A program made the position numbers and the translations under genes. The notes beneath the pieces are model-generated. The model was not told where the DNA came from. It searched no databases and saw only the letters and a list, made by a program, of their open reading frames with translations. Shown here piece after piece: positions 28,674 through 38,283 of a stretch of 64,000 bases of DNA; positions within the stretch are counted from its first letter, which is position 1, and each line of letters begins with the position of its first letter. The DNA comes from Alphaproteobacteria bacterium (GTDB lineage Bacteria; Pseudomonadota; Alphaproteobacteria; Rickettsiales; UBA8987), in contig JAUIFA010000003.1 of NCBI GenBank assembly GCA_030429625.1, forward strand, positions 278,734 to 342,733. The letters are read 5' to 3'.

Positions 28674-30611
28674 ATGAACAATACCGCATTAGCTATTAAT
28701 TCAGAAACCCAGCCTGAAAGGGAGCAGATGAAAATTGTCATCGTTGGTCATGTTGACCATGGTAAATCTACCTTAGTTGGCCGTTTATTCCATGATACGG
28801 ATAGTTTGCCTGACGGGAAATTGGAAGAAATCCAGAATCTGTGTAAAAAGCGCGGCATGCCCTTTGAATACAGCTTTTTGATGGACGCATTGCAGGCGGA
28901 AAGAGATCAGGGCATTACCATTGACACAACGCAAATCTGGTTTAAAACCGAGACACGGGACTATGTAATTATCGATGCCCCTGGCCATAAAGAATTCCTA
29001 AAGAACATGATTTCTGGTGCGGCCAATTCTGAAGCTGCCGTGCTGGTGATCGATGCCAATGAAGGGGTGCAGGAACAATCCAAGCGTCATGGATATTTAT
29101 TGCATTTACTCGGTGTTAGCCAAATCGCTGTGGCCGTAAATAAGATGGACATGGTTGGCTATTCGGAAGAAAAATTTAAACAGATCGAGAAAGAATACCG
29201 TCAATATCTTAATGACATTGGCGTAGAGCCAACCTACATTATCCCTATTTCCGCCCGTGAGGGGGATTGTATTGTTCATGGCAATAGCGATAATATGTCG
29301 TGGTATCAAGGTCCTTCTGTAATGGGTGCATTGGACGAATTTAAACTCAAGCCTAAAGATGCAGAGCTTCCTCTACGCTTTCCAGTTCAGGATGTCTACA
29401 AGTTTGATGAACGCCGTATTGTCGCTGGACGCATCGAAAGCGGCAGCCTGAAAGTAGGGGACGAGCTTATGTTCTCACCTATTAATAAAATTGTAAAAGT
29501 CAATTCCATCGAAAATTTTGCAGGGCCAGAACTCACTGAAGTATCTGCCGGCATGTCAGTAGGCATTACTCTTAGCGAACAGATTTTTGCTGAACGCGGC
29601 AATGTTATCAGTCATGTGACAAAAATGCCGATGTTAAGCAATGTATTTAGAGCAAAAATTTTCTGGTTGGGGGATCGTCCCATTGAAATTGGCAATCGCT
29701 ATACCATGAAAATAAATACTTCTGAATATCGAGTGGAAGTTAAGGAAATTGAAAGTGTTGTGGACACAGATGATCTTGCGATTGCGGACAAACATGAAAA
29801 GGTTGAAAAGAACGCCGTTGCCGAAATAATTCTACGCGTACGTGGTGTGGCGGTGTTGGATGAATTCCAGAATAATTCTATTACTGGTCGCTTTGTTCTG
29901 GTAGACAATTACCGCATTTGCGGTGGTGGTATCATTGACCTGAACGGGTTTGACGACCAACGACCATCCAGCAGTGTAAAATCGAGTAATATTACTGCTG
30001 TTGCTGCCAAAGTTAGCCCAGAAGCGCGGGCGTTGAATAATGGCCATATGGGAGGCGTATTGTGGTTCTCTGGCCTTTCTGGTTCAGGAAAATCTACTTT
30101 AGCGATGGAGCTAGAACGCCGTCTTTTTGCAAAAGGCTATCAGGTGTACGTGCTAGATGGGGACAATGTCAGAAGTGGACTGAATCGTGATCTTGGCTTT
30201 TCACCAGAAGATCGCTCTGAAAATATCCGTCGTATCGGTGAGGTGGCAGCATTGTTTGCCAGTTCAGGAACGATTGTCATTACTGCCTTTATCTCACCTT
30301 ATAAAAAGGACAGAGACACAGCACGCGTAGCTGCAGGGAATAAATACCACTCCATTTACATTAAGGCCGATGTCGAAACTTGTGAATCACGTGACCCTAA
30401 GGGGCTTTATCAAAAAGCCCGCAGCGGAGAAATTAAAGAATTTACAGGTATCTCTGCGCCTTTTGAAGAGCCGGATAATGCTGACTTAATCGTTGATACA
30501 AAGAATAAAAACATAGACGAGTCGGTGGAGAAGCTGATTGAATATGTTGAAAAATATTTTGTTCAACCGGTAAAAACAATTAAACATCATAATCTTGGCA
30601 GCGGGATATAA
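28674..30611 (+). CDS. cysN: Bifunctional sulfate adenylyltransferase subunit 1 / APS kinase (CysN-CysC fusion)
   Basis: 645 aa. N-terminal EF-Tu-like GTPase ([18 protein letters not shown]) and C-terminal APS kinase with P-loop GLSGSGKST. Confidence 0.9.
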   Translation: MNNTALAINSETQPEREQMKIVIVGHVDHGKSTLVGRLFHDTDSLPDGKLEEIQNLCKKRGMPFEYSFLMDALQAERDQGITIDTTQIWFKTETRDYVIIDAPGHKEFLKNMISGAANSEAAVLVIDANEGVQEQSKRHGYLLHLLGVSQIAVAVNKMDMVGYSEEKFKQIEKEYRQYLNDIGVEPTYIIPISAREGDCIVHGNSDNMSWYQGPSVMGALDEFKLKPKDAELPLRFPVQDVYKFDERRIVAGRIESGSLKVGDELMFSPINKIVKVNSIENFAGPELTEVSAGMSVGITLSEQIFAERGNVISHVTKMPMLSNVFRAKIFWLGDRPIEIGNRYTMKINTSEYRVEVKEIESVVDTDDLAIADKHEKVEKNAVAEIILRVRGVAVLDEFQNNSITGRFVLVDNYRICGGGIIDLNGFDDQRPSSSVKSSNITAVAAKVSPEARALNNGHMGGVLWFSGLSGSGKSTLAMELERRLFAKGYQVYVLDGDNVRSGLNRDLGFSPEDRSENIRRIGEVAALFASSGTIVITAFISPYKKDRDTARVAAGNKYHSIYIKADVETCESRDPKGLYQKARSGEIKEFTGISAPFEEPDNADLIVDTKNKNIDESVEKLIEYVEKYFVQPVKTIKHHNLGSGI

Positions 30612-30620
30612 GAGAAAATT

Positions 30621-33600
30621 ATGACAGAGTTACATCTTTCTTTTGGTTTAACATTTGCAGAGCTTTATTCTAGGTCAGGCTTAGAAAAGCTTGATACAGC
30701 TTTTATTAATCACTTAAAAGAGAGCAATGTCGATTTGCATAATCGCTTTTTAGAAATGCGTGCAAAGATTGTTTCAAAACAAGAGGTAGAAGGAAAAGAT
30801 GAATCCAATCTATTGATTGAACTTTCTCCCTATCTAGAAGATTTCCTTGCCCAACTCTTTAATATTCAGGACGAAGTAAGAGCGACTCAAAAACAGCATA
30901 ATGAGTTGGCAGATTTGTATCTGTGTAAGCGGATTTTTGTGCAGCGGCGTGCAGTAAAGATGGTCAAAGAGGCTGAGGCTGATAGTATAGATGGAGAGAA
31001 GCTAGCCAAACAGTTAGAAGAAATTTTCGGGGAACCTTTAACCGAGAAATCTTTTGCCAAGCATGTGGTACAGTGGATTGATGGCACAAAAGGCACAGAC
31101 ATTGAAGGCTGTGAAGAAAAAAATGCCCTTGCCGGACAATATGCCGGTTGGGCGTTGATGAGCCACGCAGGTCAAAAGAAACACAAATGTGGGGTTTTGT
31201 TCAAGCGTCCTAACAAGATAGATTTTGATAATCTTGTGCCGGTGGATACTGAAATTGTTGATGGCATCAATATTATGTCATTAGCTTCTTCTCATCATCT
31301 GCGTCAACGTGAAGGTTTTCATCTCACTGATGATGGCTTTACGTTAGAACAGGTCTTGGATAATGCCAATTATTGTATTTTCTGCCACAATCAGGGCAAA
31401 GATTCCTGCTCCAAAGGATTGCGTGAGAAACCAGACCCAGAAACCGGCAAAGCACCTTACAAAACCAGCCCAACACGGGTAAAACAAGCCGGTTGCCCGC
31501 TGGAAGAAAAAATTTCTGAAATGAACAGTGTTAAAGCGCAGGGCTTTACTGTTGGTGCATTGGCAATTATTGCCGTAGACAATCCGCTTTGTGCCGCTAC
31601 AGGACACCGTATTTGTAACGACTGCATGAAGGGGTGTATCTACCAAAAGCAAGATCCTGTTAACATTCCCGCGGTGGAAACCCGTGTGTTAACCGATACG
31701 TTGGCTCTGCCTTGGGGTTTTGAAATTTATAGCCTGCTGACCCGATGGAACCCTTTAAATCTACAGCGTCCTATTATGAAGACTGAAAGTGGTTATAAGG
31801 TTCTGGTTGTTGGTTTGGGGCCTGCGGGATATTCTCTGGCACATCATTTGATGAATGACGGACATACCGTAGTGGGCATTGACGGGCTAAAAATTGAACC
31901 ATTGCCGGCAGAAATTTCCGGCGTAAGCCCCACAGGAGAGAGAACAGAATTTCGCCCAATCAAGAACGTAGAACAAGAAATATATGAAGATTTAAACGAT
32001 AGGGTATTGGCAGGTTTTGGCGGTGTGGCAGAATATGGTATTACCGTACGCTGGAACAAAAACTTCCTCAAAATCATCCGTCTAATCTTAGAGCGAAGGG
32101 AACAATTTGCCATGCGTGGCGGAGTGCGCTTTGGTAGCACCTTGACCTACGATCAGACATTTGAGTTGGGTTTTGACCATGTGGCACTTTGTTTGGGCGC
32201 GGGGAAACCAACCATTGTTTCTATGCCCAATGCTGTGGCCAGAGGCGTACGTACCGCTTCGGACTTCCTCATGGGATTGCAGCTCAGCGGTGCGGCTAAG
32301 GAACATTCTATTGCCAACATGCAAGTTAGGTTGCCTGTCGTTGTCATCGGTGGCGGATTAACGGGTATTGATACCGCTACTGAAGCATTGGCTTATTATC
32401 CTGTGCAGGTGGAAAAATTTCTAAAGCGCTATAAAATTCTTATTGAAGAGCGTGGAGAAGAAAAAGTTCGTGCTGCCTGGAATGAGGAAGAAACCATCAT
32501 TGCTGATGAATTTATTGCTCATGCCATGGCTATTCGTGAGGAACGTAAAAAGGCCAAACAAGAGAACAGAGAAGCTGACATTATCTCTCTGCTGCAAAGT
32601 TGGGGTGGAGCAACGTTAGCATATCGCCGTACGATTCAAGAAGCTCCAAGCTATCGCCTAAACCATGAAGAGATAGAAAAAGCCATGGAAGAGGGCATTA
32701 CTTTTACCCAAAATGTGACTCCTGTTAGAGTCAGCGTTGATGAATATGGGCATGTTTCGGGTTTGCGTGTTAGCTATCCATTTGAAGAAGCCGATGGGCG
32801 TATTGATATTCGTGAAAAAACCTTACCGGCTAAATCAATTTATATGGCCGCAGGTACCAGTCCAAATACCGTGCTTCATCGTGAAGATAAAAAACATTTT
32901 GAGTTGGATCATGATGGGTGGTTCTTTAAAGCCATTGACGAGCAAGGAAATGTAGTCACACCAGAGAAAAATATTTCTAAACCTGATATGGTTCAGGTGT
33001 TGATGTCTAAGAATGAGCAGGGAAAATTTGTTAGCTTTTTTGGAGATCTGCACCCTACATTTGTTGGGAATGTTGTCAAAGCATTAGGCTCGACAAAACA
33101 GGGATATCCCATTGTTACTAATGCATTAAAACAGAAAAAACCCGCTAGTGACCTAGACTCTGTAAGCTTTATTAAGCAAATAAATAAGAAGCTTATTGCT
33201 ACGGTTTATAAAGTAGAGCGTTTGACACCTACGATTATTGAAGTTGTTGTACATGCACCTTTGGCCGCAGAAAACTTTAAACCCGGACAATTTTATCGTT
33301 TACAGAATTTTGAAAGTTTAGCTCCTAAAGCACCGGACGGCACAATCCTTTCCATGGAAGGTCTGGCCTTAACCGGTGCATGGCAAGACAAGGAAAAAGG
33401 GTTGATCTCTGTCATTATTCTTGAAATGGGCGGTTCTTCAGATCTGTGTGCTTATTTAAAAGAAGGCGAGCCAGTAGTGTTGATGGGCCCAACGGGTGAA
33501 CCTACCGAGATTACCAAGGGCGAAACCGTGATGCTTATTGGCGGAGGTTTGGGTAATGCGGTGCTGTTTTCTATCGGAAAGGCCTTTAAAGACGCGGGTA

Positions 33601-34181
33601 GCAAAGTGCTTTATTTTGCGGGGTATAAAGAGTTACAAGATCGTTATAAGGTGGAAGAAATTGAAAAAGCCTCTGATGTAATTGTTTGGTGCTGTGATAA
33701 TGGTGAGTTTCCTGTTGAGCGTCCACAAGATAAGAGTTTTAAAGGCAATATTGTACAAGCAATCAAAGCCTATGCTACGGGTGAATTGGGTGAAGTAGAG
33801 ATAGCAACCCAAGAATGTGACCGCATCGTTGTTATTGGATCAGACAGAATGATGGCCGCAGTTAAATCTTCTAGATTCAATGAATTAAAGAATTATCTTA
33901 AAGTAGAACATAAAGCTATTGGGTCGATCAACTCACCCATGCAATGCATGATGAAAGAGATATGCGCTCAATGCCTCCAACGTCATATTGATCCGGAAAC
34001 TGGCGAACGTTACTACGTTTACAGCTGCCATAACCAAGATCAAGAGCTTGATTATGTTGATTTTCAACATCTTAGTGAGCGCTTAAAACAGAATAATGTT
34101 CAGGAAAAACTGACCAAACAGTGGATCGACCGCTCACTCAAAGCCCTTGATCTGCGTGAAGACACAGATAAAGCCGCTTAA
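30621..34181 (+). CDS. Large multidomain Fe-S flavoprotein oxidoreductase: N-terminal extension + GltD/NfnB-like module + PyrK/NfnA-like module
   Basis: 1186 aa. Fer4_20-like Cys clusters (CIFCHNQGKDSC...CPLEEKI; NPLCAATGHRICNDCMKGC...PVNIPAVE). Two Rossmann motifs (VVGLGPAGY; VVIGGGLTGID). A C-terminal FNR-like barrel (GQFYRL), NAD motif LIGGGLGNA, and a terminal 2Fe-2S-type pattern CMMKEICAQC...SC. The gene starts 9 nt after cysNC. Confidence 0.75.
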   Translation: MTELHLSFGLTFAELYSRSGLEKLDTAFINHLKESNVDLHNRFLEMRAKIVSKQEVEGKDESNLLIELSPYLEDFLAQLFNIQDEVRATQKQHNELADLYLCKRIFVQRRAVKMVKEAEADSIDGEKLAKQLEEIFGEPLTEKSFAKHVVQWIDGTKGTDIEGCEEKNALAGQYAGWALMSHAGQKKHKCGVLFKRPNKIDFDNLVPVDTEIVDGINIMSLASSHHLRQREGFHLTDDGFTLEQVLDNANYCIFCHNQGKDSCSKGLREKPDPETGKAPYKTSPTRVKQAGCPLEEKISEMNSVKAQGFTVGALAIIAVDNPLCAATGHRICNDCMKGCIYQKQDPVNIPAVETRVLTDTLALPWGFEIYSLLTRWNPLNLQRPIMKTESGYKVLVVGLGPAGYSLAHHLMNDGHTVVGIDGLKIEPLPAEISGVSPTGERTEFRPIKNVEQEIYEDLNDRVLAGFGGVAEYGITVRWNKNFLKIIRLILERREQFAMRGGVRFGSTLTYDQTFELGFDHVALCLGAGKPTIVSMPNAVARGVRTASDFLMGLQLSGAAKEHSIANMQVRLPVVVIGGGLTGIDTATEALAYYPVQVEKFLKRYKILIEERGEEKVRAAWNEEETIIADEFIAHAMAIREERKKAKQENREADIISLLQSWGGATLAYRRTIQEAPSYRLNHEEIEKAMEEGITFTQNVTPVRVSVDEYGHVSGLRVSYPFEEADGRIDIREKTLPAKSIYMAAGTSPNTVLHREDKKHFELDHDGWFFKAIDEQGNVVTPEKNISKPDMVQVLMSKNEQGKFVSFFGDLHPTFVGNVVKALGSTKQGYPIVTNALKQKKPASDLDSVSFIKQINKKLIATVYKVERLTPTIIEVVVHAPLAAENFKPGQFYRLQNFESLAPKAPDGTILSMEGLALTGAWQDKEKGLISVIILEMGGSSDLCAYLKEGEPVVLMGPTGEPTEITKGETVMLIGGGLGNAVLFSIGKAFKDAGSKVLYFAGYKELQDRYKVEEIEKASDVIVWCCDNGEFPVERPQDKSFKGNIVQAIKAYATGELGEVEIATQECDRIVVIGSDRMMAAVKSSRFNELKNYLKVEHKAIGSINSPMQCMMKEICAQCLQRHIDPETGERYYVYSCHNQDQELDYVDFQHLSERLKQNNVQEKLTKQWIDRSLKALDLREDTDKAA

Positions 34182-34190
34182 ATCTTCTCC

Positions 34191-34458
34191 TGTCATTCTG
34201 CGGGGAGTGGAACGACATCATTGTTACGGATCACCCTATAATTTACAGGCGTAAATTCAGGTGATGACGGCAATTGCTGTTGTCATTCTCAGCCGAAGGC
34301 TGGAAATCCAGAGGGAATGTATTGGATCTCCACCTACGGTGAAGATGACACATAACCGCCCTACCGGCGAAAGCCGGTATCCAGTTATTATGACGCCATG
34401 GTCAAGCCACGGTATGACACCAGGCCTGTCATTCTACGAAACTCCACGATATGACGAC
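34191..34458. repeat. Palindromic repeat cluster C (at least six GTCAT/ATGAC-bounded hairpin modules)
   Basis: It contains TGTCATTCTCAGCCGAAGGCTGGAAATCCAG (34281-34311), an inverted copy of the ATCTTCAC/GTGAAGAT module (34324-34351), a nested hairpin at 34229-34270, and others. It fills the whole gap between convergent genes. Confidence 0.85.
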
Positions 34459-34460
34459 TA

Positions 34461-34946
34461 TTAATCCCGAAAATTGATGTATTGCAGAGGCAGATCAATA
34501 CTTAAACCCTTGACCATAGTGATCGCTTCTTGCAGATCGTCACGTTTTTTGCCGGTAATGCGTAATTCATTGCCTCGAATAGCGGCCTGCACCTTCATTT
34601 TTGATGCTTTAACCTCTTTGGTAATTTTCTTAGCAGTTTCCTGATCAATACCTTCTTTAATGGCAACAATCTGGCGTATCATGTTACCGGAAGCAGCCTC
34701 CGGTGTTTTAAAATCCAGTGCCTTTGCGTCAAGGTTACGACGAGTAACATAGGTTTTAAGCATATCAATCATCGCACGGTTTTTAGTGTCGTCATCGGCC
34801 ATAATAGTAATTTCATTATTACTTAGCTCTATACTGGATTTGCTGCCTTTAAAATCAAAACGTTGTTTGATCTCTCTGGCCACCCCGTCCACGGCATTGG
34901 TCATTTCCTGCATATCTACTTCAGACACAATATCAAAACTTGGCAT
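34461..34946 (-). CDS. yajQ: YajQ-family nucleotide-binding protein (UPF0234)
   Basis: 161 aa. It begins MPSFDIVSEVDMQE and ends LPLQYINFRD, and is collinear with E. coli YajQ throughout. Confidence 0.9.
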   Translation of the reverse strand: MPSFDIVSEVDMQEMTNAVDGVAREIKQRFDFKGSKSSIELSNNEITIMADDDTKNRAMIDMLKTYVTRRNLDAKALDFKTPEAASGNMIRQIVAIKEGIDQETAKKITKEVKASKMKVQAAIRGNELRITGKKRDDLQEAITMVKGLSIDLPLQYINFRD

Positions 34947-34969
34947 AATCTTACTCTCTTAGGTTGATG

Positions 34970-35638
34970 TTATTTTTCTTTTTTATCTTTACGCGGATCT
35001 TTTAATGAAAAAAGCTCCATATCCAGCGGCACATTAAATACTGGTGGTCCAAACTCCAAAGTAATAACCCGATTGTTGCTGTCCACCCGATGAATCCGCC
35101 GCAATTGCATAGGAAATGGGCTAAACACCATATGCAAAATATCAACATTGTCCTTATCTTTCACATTAGGGGTGAGTATAATATCAATAGAGTCTTTAGT
35201 TTCACTGACCCTCAGAACACGCATTTTATCACTGTAAAGGTCAATTTTCTGATCCAGCAACACACTAATAGCAGATTCTGGCACATCTGCATACGAAATC
35301 TGTTCTAATTCTTCGTCATAATAACTCATCCGACCATCTTGAATTACAAGCGTGGTTTTTATTGGCTCTATATATTCCCATCGAGCATTTCCCGGGCGAG
35401 AAATATAGAGTTTACCCGCACGCAATTGCGACCCAACAGAAACCAGCTGACGAAAATTTACCTCCATCGTGATAAAGCTGGAGAGATATTTTTCTATTTT
35501 ATACAATGTTGCTTCATGTTGGCTTAGATCAATGCTAGGATCATCCAAATAGTCAATATAACGCTTACCTGTGTAACCAACAGCATAGCTATTGCTCGCA
35601 ACACATAGTACTAACAACGACAAAATTATTCTAATCAC
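34970..35638 (-). CDS. lolA: Outer-membrane lipoprotein carrier protein LolA-like
   Basis: 222 aa with a signal peptide and a LolA-like beta-rich sequence. It overlaps the 3' end of ftsK by 8 nt, the conserved ftsK-lolA synteny. Confidence 0.7.
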   Translation of the reverse strand: MIRIILSLLVLCVASNSYAVGYTGKRYIDYLDDPSIDLSQHEATLYKIEKYLSSFITMEVNFRQLVSVGSQLRAGKLYISRPGNARWEYIEPIKTTLVIQDGRMSYYDEELEQISYADVPESAISVLLDQKIDLYSDKMRVLRVSETKDSIDIILTPNVKDKDNVDILHMVFSPFPMQLRRIHRVDSNNRVITLEFGPPVFNVPLDMELFSLKDPRKDKKEK

Positions 35639-37958
35639 CTATTAATATCTCCCTTTTGCCTACGTGATTGGCCGGACCAATAACACCTTGTTCTTCGAGT
35701 TGATCAATGATATTGGCTGCACGGTTATAACCAATACGCAACTGCCTTTGTATGTAGCTAGTAGAGGCTTTCCTGTCATTAACCACAATAGCATAGGCCT
35801 TATCGTACAATTCGTCCAGCCCATCGTTATCCCCACCACCGGCCATAGCCATTTCATCCGAATCCTCGTCTGTTGTTACTTCTTCAATGTAGGAAGGAGT
35901 TGCCTGTTTCTTAACAAATTCTACAACTCTTTGTACTTCATCATCTGCAACAAAAGGCCCATGCACACGGGTTAATTTATTTCCACTGCCCAGATAGAGC
36001 ATATCGCCCATGCCAAGAAGCTGCTCTGCGCCAGAGTCGCCAAGGATGGTACGGGAATCAATCTTAGAAGAAACCTGAAAAGAAAGTCGGGTAGGGAAGT
36101 TAGCTTTGATGATACCGGTAATCACATCTACCGAAGGACGTTGAGTAGCCAGAATCACATGAATCCCTGCCGCCCGCGCCATCTGTGCTAAACGCTGCAC
36201 AGAAAGTTCAATGTCTTTTCCTCCCACCAGCATCAAATCTGCCATTTCATCAACAATTACCACAATAAACGGTAACGGATCCATGTCCAACGGCACTTCT
36301 TCAATAATAGGTTTACCACTATCCGGATCAAAACCAGTTTGCACCGAACGGGTAAGTTCTTTACCGGCTGCCACAGCCTCTTTAATTTTTTCATTATAGC
36401 CAGCAATATTTCTTACCCCAAGTGTGGACATCAGACGATAGCGGTTTTCCATTTCACGCACCGTCCATTTCAACGCAACAATTGCCTTGGCAGGATCGGT
36501 CACCACCGGAGTTAATAAATGGGGAATATACTGATAGACCGAAAGTTCCAACATCTTAGGATCTACCATAATAAATTTACATTCGTTGGGTGAATATTTG
36601 TACAGTAGAGAAAGAATCATGGCGTTGATTCCTACCGATTTACCTGAACCAGTCGTCCCAGCAACCAACATGTGCGGTGTTTTTGCCAAATCAATAAAAT
36701 TTGCTTCGCCGCCAATGTCTTTACCTAAGGCTAACGGTAGGCTGAATTTTGATTTTCTGTAAGCATCGGTGGTCAACAACTCTCTCAAATACACGGTTTC
36801 TCGTTTGGAGTTAGGCAATTCAATACCAATGGCATTACGCCCAGGAATAACTGCAATACGTGCCGACTCCGCACTCATCGAACGGGCAATGTCGTCTGCC
36901 AATCCCACCACACGAGAAGATTTTGTTCCAGGAGCGGGCTCAAGCGCATATAAAGTCACCACCGGCCCAGGTAACACCTCAACAATTTTCCCATAAACAC
37001 CATATTCCTCAAGAACATTTTCTAATAATTCAGCATTTTGTGAAAGAGCACTGTCTGAAATTTTGACCGTATTCGCTTTTGGCTTTTGCAGAAGGTTGGT
37101 TGGAGGTATCTGATAGCTGTCATGCATTTGCAAATCAAAAGACTCCTGCTCCACCGCAGCCCCTTCATTTTTTTCTTTTCTTGAAATTCTCCTTGTTTTT
37201 TTCGGAGAAGGCGATTGGAATTCTTCAAGTTTCTTTTTAATAGGGTTGCTAATTTTTTTTCTTTTTTTGATTTTGCTGTTCTTAGATACATCAACATCCT
37301 CTTTATATTCAGTTCCTTCAATCAAAGCCTGAATCCGATTCTTAAGCGCCAATAATATTTGAATCATCCACAGAATAAAGGCTAAGAATCTTTCTATAAT
37401 AACCAAGGTGATTTCTGTTAATTTATGCCACTGATCACGCGTGAGACCGAGAGTAAAATAAAGACACAAAATGGTTAAAACAATCACCGAAGCAGCAAAG
37501 CCCCAAACAGTTATAAGAGGCTCAATATGATTGAGTACGGTTTGACCCACAAAACCACCATAACTTTTAAATTTCCAGCTTTCAGGACTATCAAAGCCAT
37601 AATCAAGCAAACGAAACATTGCCGCAGACAGAGGAATTAATACCAAGAACAAAGAGATTTTCAGCCATAAGCGGGATATTATTTGTTTACGTAATAATTT
37701 ATATCCCCATACTAAGGGTACAATAACCAGAACAAAACAACCTAACCCAATAAATTGTAATACCGGATCAGCTATATAAGCCCCAAATACCCCTGCCCAG
37801 TTTTTTACCATAGCATTTGATGCCATATTTGCTGAAGGATCTAAAGGATGATAGCTGATATAGGCAACAGCACTGACAAATCCAAAAGCAATTAACATCA
37901 GACCAATAATTTCAAGAAAACGCCTTGAGGTAAAATTTTTCAATAATTCTTTGTTCAT
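35631..37958 (-). CDS. ftsK: DNA translocase FtsK
   Basis: 775 aa. N-terminal TM domain, a Lys/Pro-rich linker, a motor domain with Walker A GTTGSGKS, and a C-terminal gamma (winged-helix) domain ...SYIQRQLRIGYNRAANIIDQLE. Confidence 0.95.
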   Translation of the reverse strand: MNKELLKNFTSRRFLEIIGLMLIAFGFVSAVAYISYHPLDPSANMASNAMVKNWAGVFGAYIADPVLQFIGLGCFVLVIVPLVWGYKLLRKQIISRLWLKISLFLVLIPLSAAMFRLLDYGFDSPESWKFKSYGGFVGQTVLNHIEPLITVWGFAASVIVLTILCLYFTLGLTRDQWHKLTEITLVIIERFLAFILWMIQILLALKNRIQALIEGTEYKEDVDVSKNSKIKKRKKISNPIKKKLEEFQSPSPKKTRRISRKEKNEGAAVEQESFDLQMHDSYQIPPTNLLQKPKANTVKISDSALSQNAELLENVLEEYGVYGKIVEVLPGPVVTLYALEPAPGTKSSRVVGLADDIARSMSAESARIAVIPGRNAIGIELPNSKRETVYLRELLTTDAYRKSKFSLPLALGKDIGGEANFIDLAKTPHMLVAGTTGSGKSVGINAMILSLLYKYSPNECKFIMVDPKMLELSVYQYIPHLLTPVVTDPAKAIVALKWTVREMENRYRLMSTLGVRNIAGYNEKIKEAVAAGKELTRSVQTGFDPDSGKPIIEEVPLDMDPLPFIVVIVDEMADLMLVGGKDIELSVQRLAQMARAAGIHVILATQRPSVDVITGIIKANFPTRLSFQVSSKIDSRTILGDSGAEQLLGMGDMLYLGSGNKLTRVHGPFVADDEVQRVVEFVKKQATPSYIEEVTTDEDSDEMAMAGGGDNDGLDELYDKAYAIVVNDRKASTSYIQRQLRIGYNRAANIIDQLEEQGVIGPANHVGKREILIGD

Positions 37959-38059
37959 TGTCCCTTAAATGATTTAGGTTTTATCGCGCGCAGAATAGAA
38001 CATTTTTTGTTTAAAATCACCAAATTTCTTGCCTTATTGCGTTTAGTATTTATTATCCA

Positions 38060-38158
38060 TCTCGGCTGGCAGCGGGTAGCTGCTCTGTGAACCTGGTCAG
38101 GACCGAGAGGTAGCAGCCATAGCAGATGTTTGCTAGGTCGTTGTCAGTCATCTTTTTT
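38060..38158 (+). ncRNA. ffs: Signal recognition particle RNA (4.5S, small bacterial type)
   Basis: The conserved domain IV core is present: CUGUGAACCUGGUCAGGACC-GAGA-GGUAGCAGCCAUAGCAGAUG with a GNRA tetraloop. The terminal helix pairs 38064-38074 with 38139-38149, with G-U pairs. A T-run follows at 38152-38158. Confidence 0.85.
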
Positions 38159-38283
38159 TCTATACTCTGCACCCTAATAGGTAAAATAAAAAACCCTACC
38201 ATAAAAATAGTATTCTTTGCCCTTAAAAAATGTTATGATGAATGCTGCTGAAAAGACTATAATATGAGGTTAGGGGAGTATTA

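Noticed and set aside
34261-34464. 67-aa plus-strand ORF in the oxidoreductase-yajQ gap
   Set aside because: It lies entirely within stacked palindromic repeat modules, has no RBS, and its sequence is just the repeats read in one frame. I treat it as a repeat artefact.
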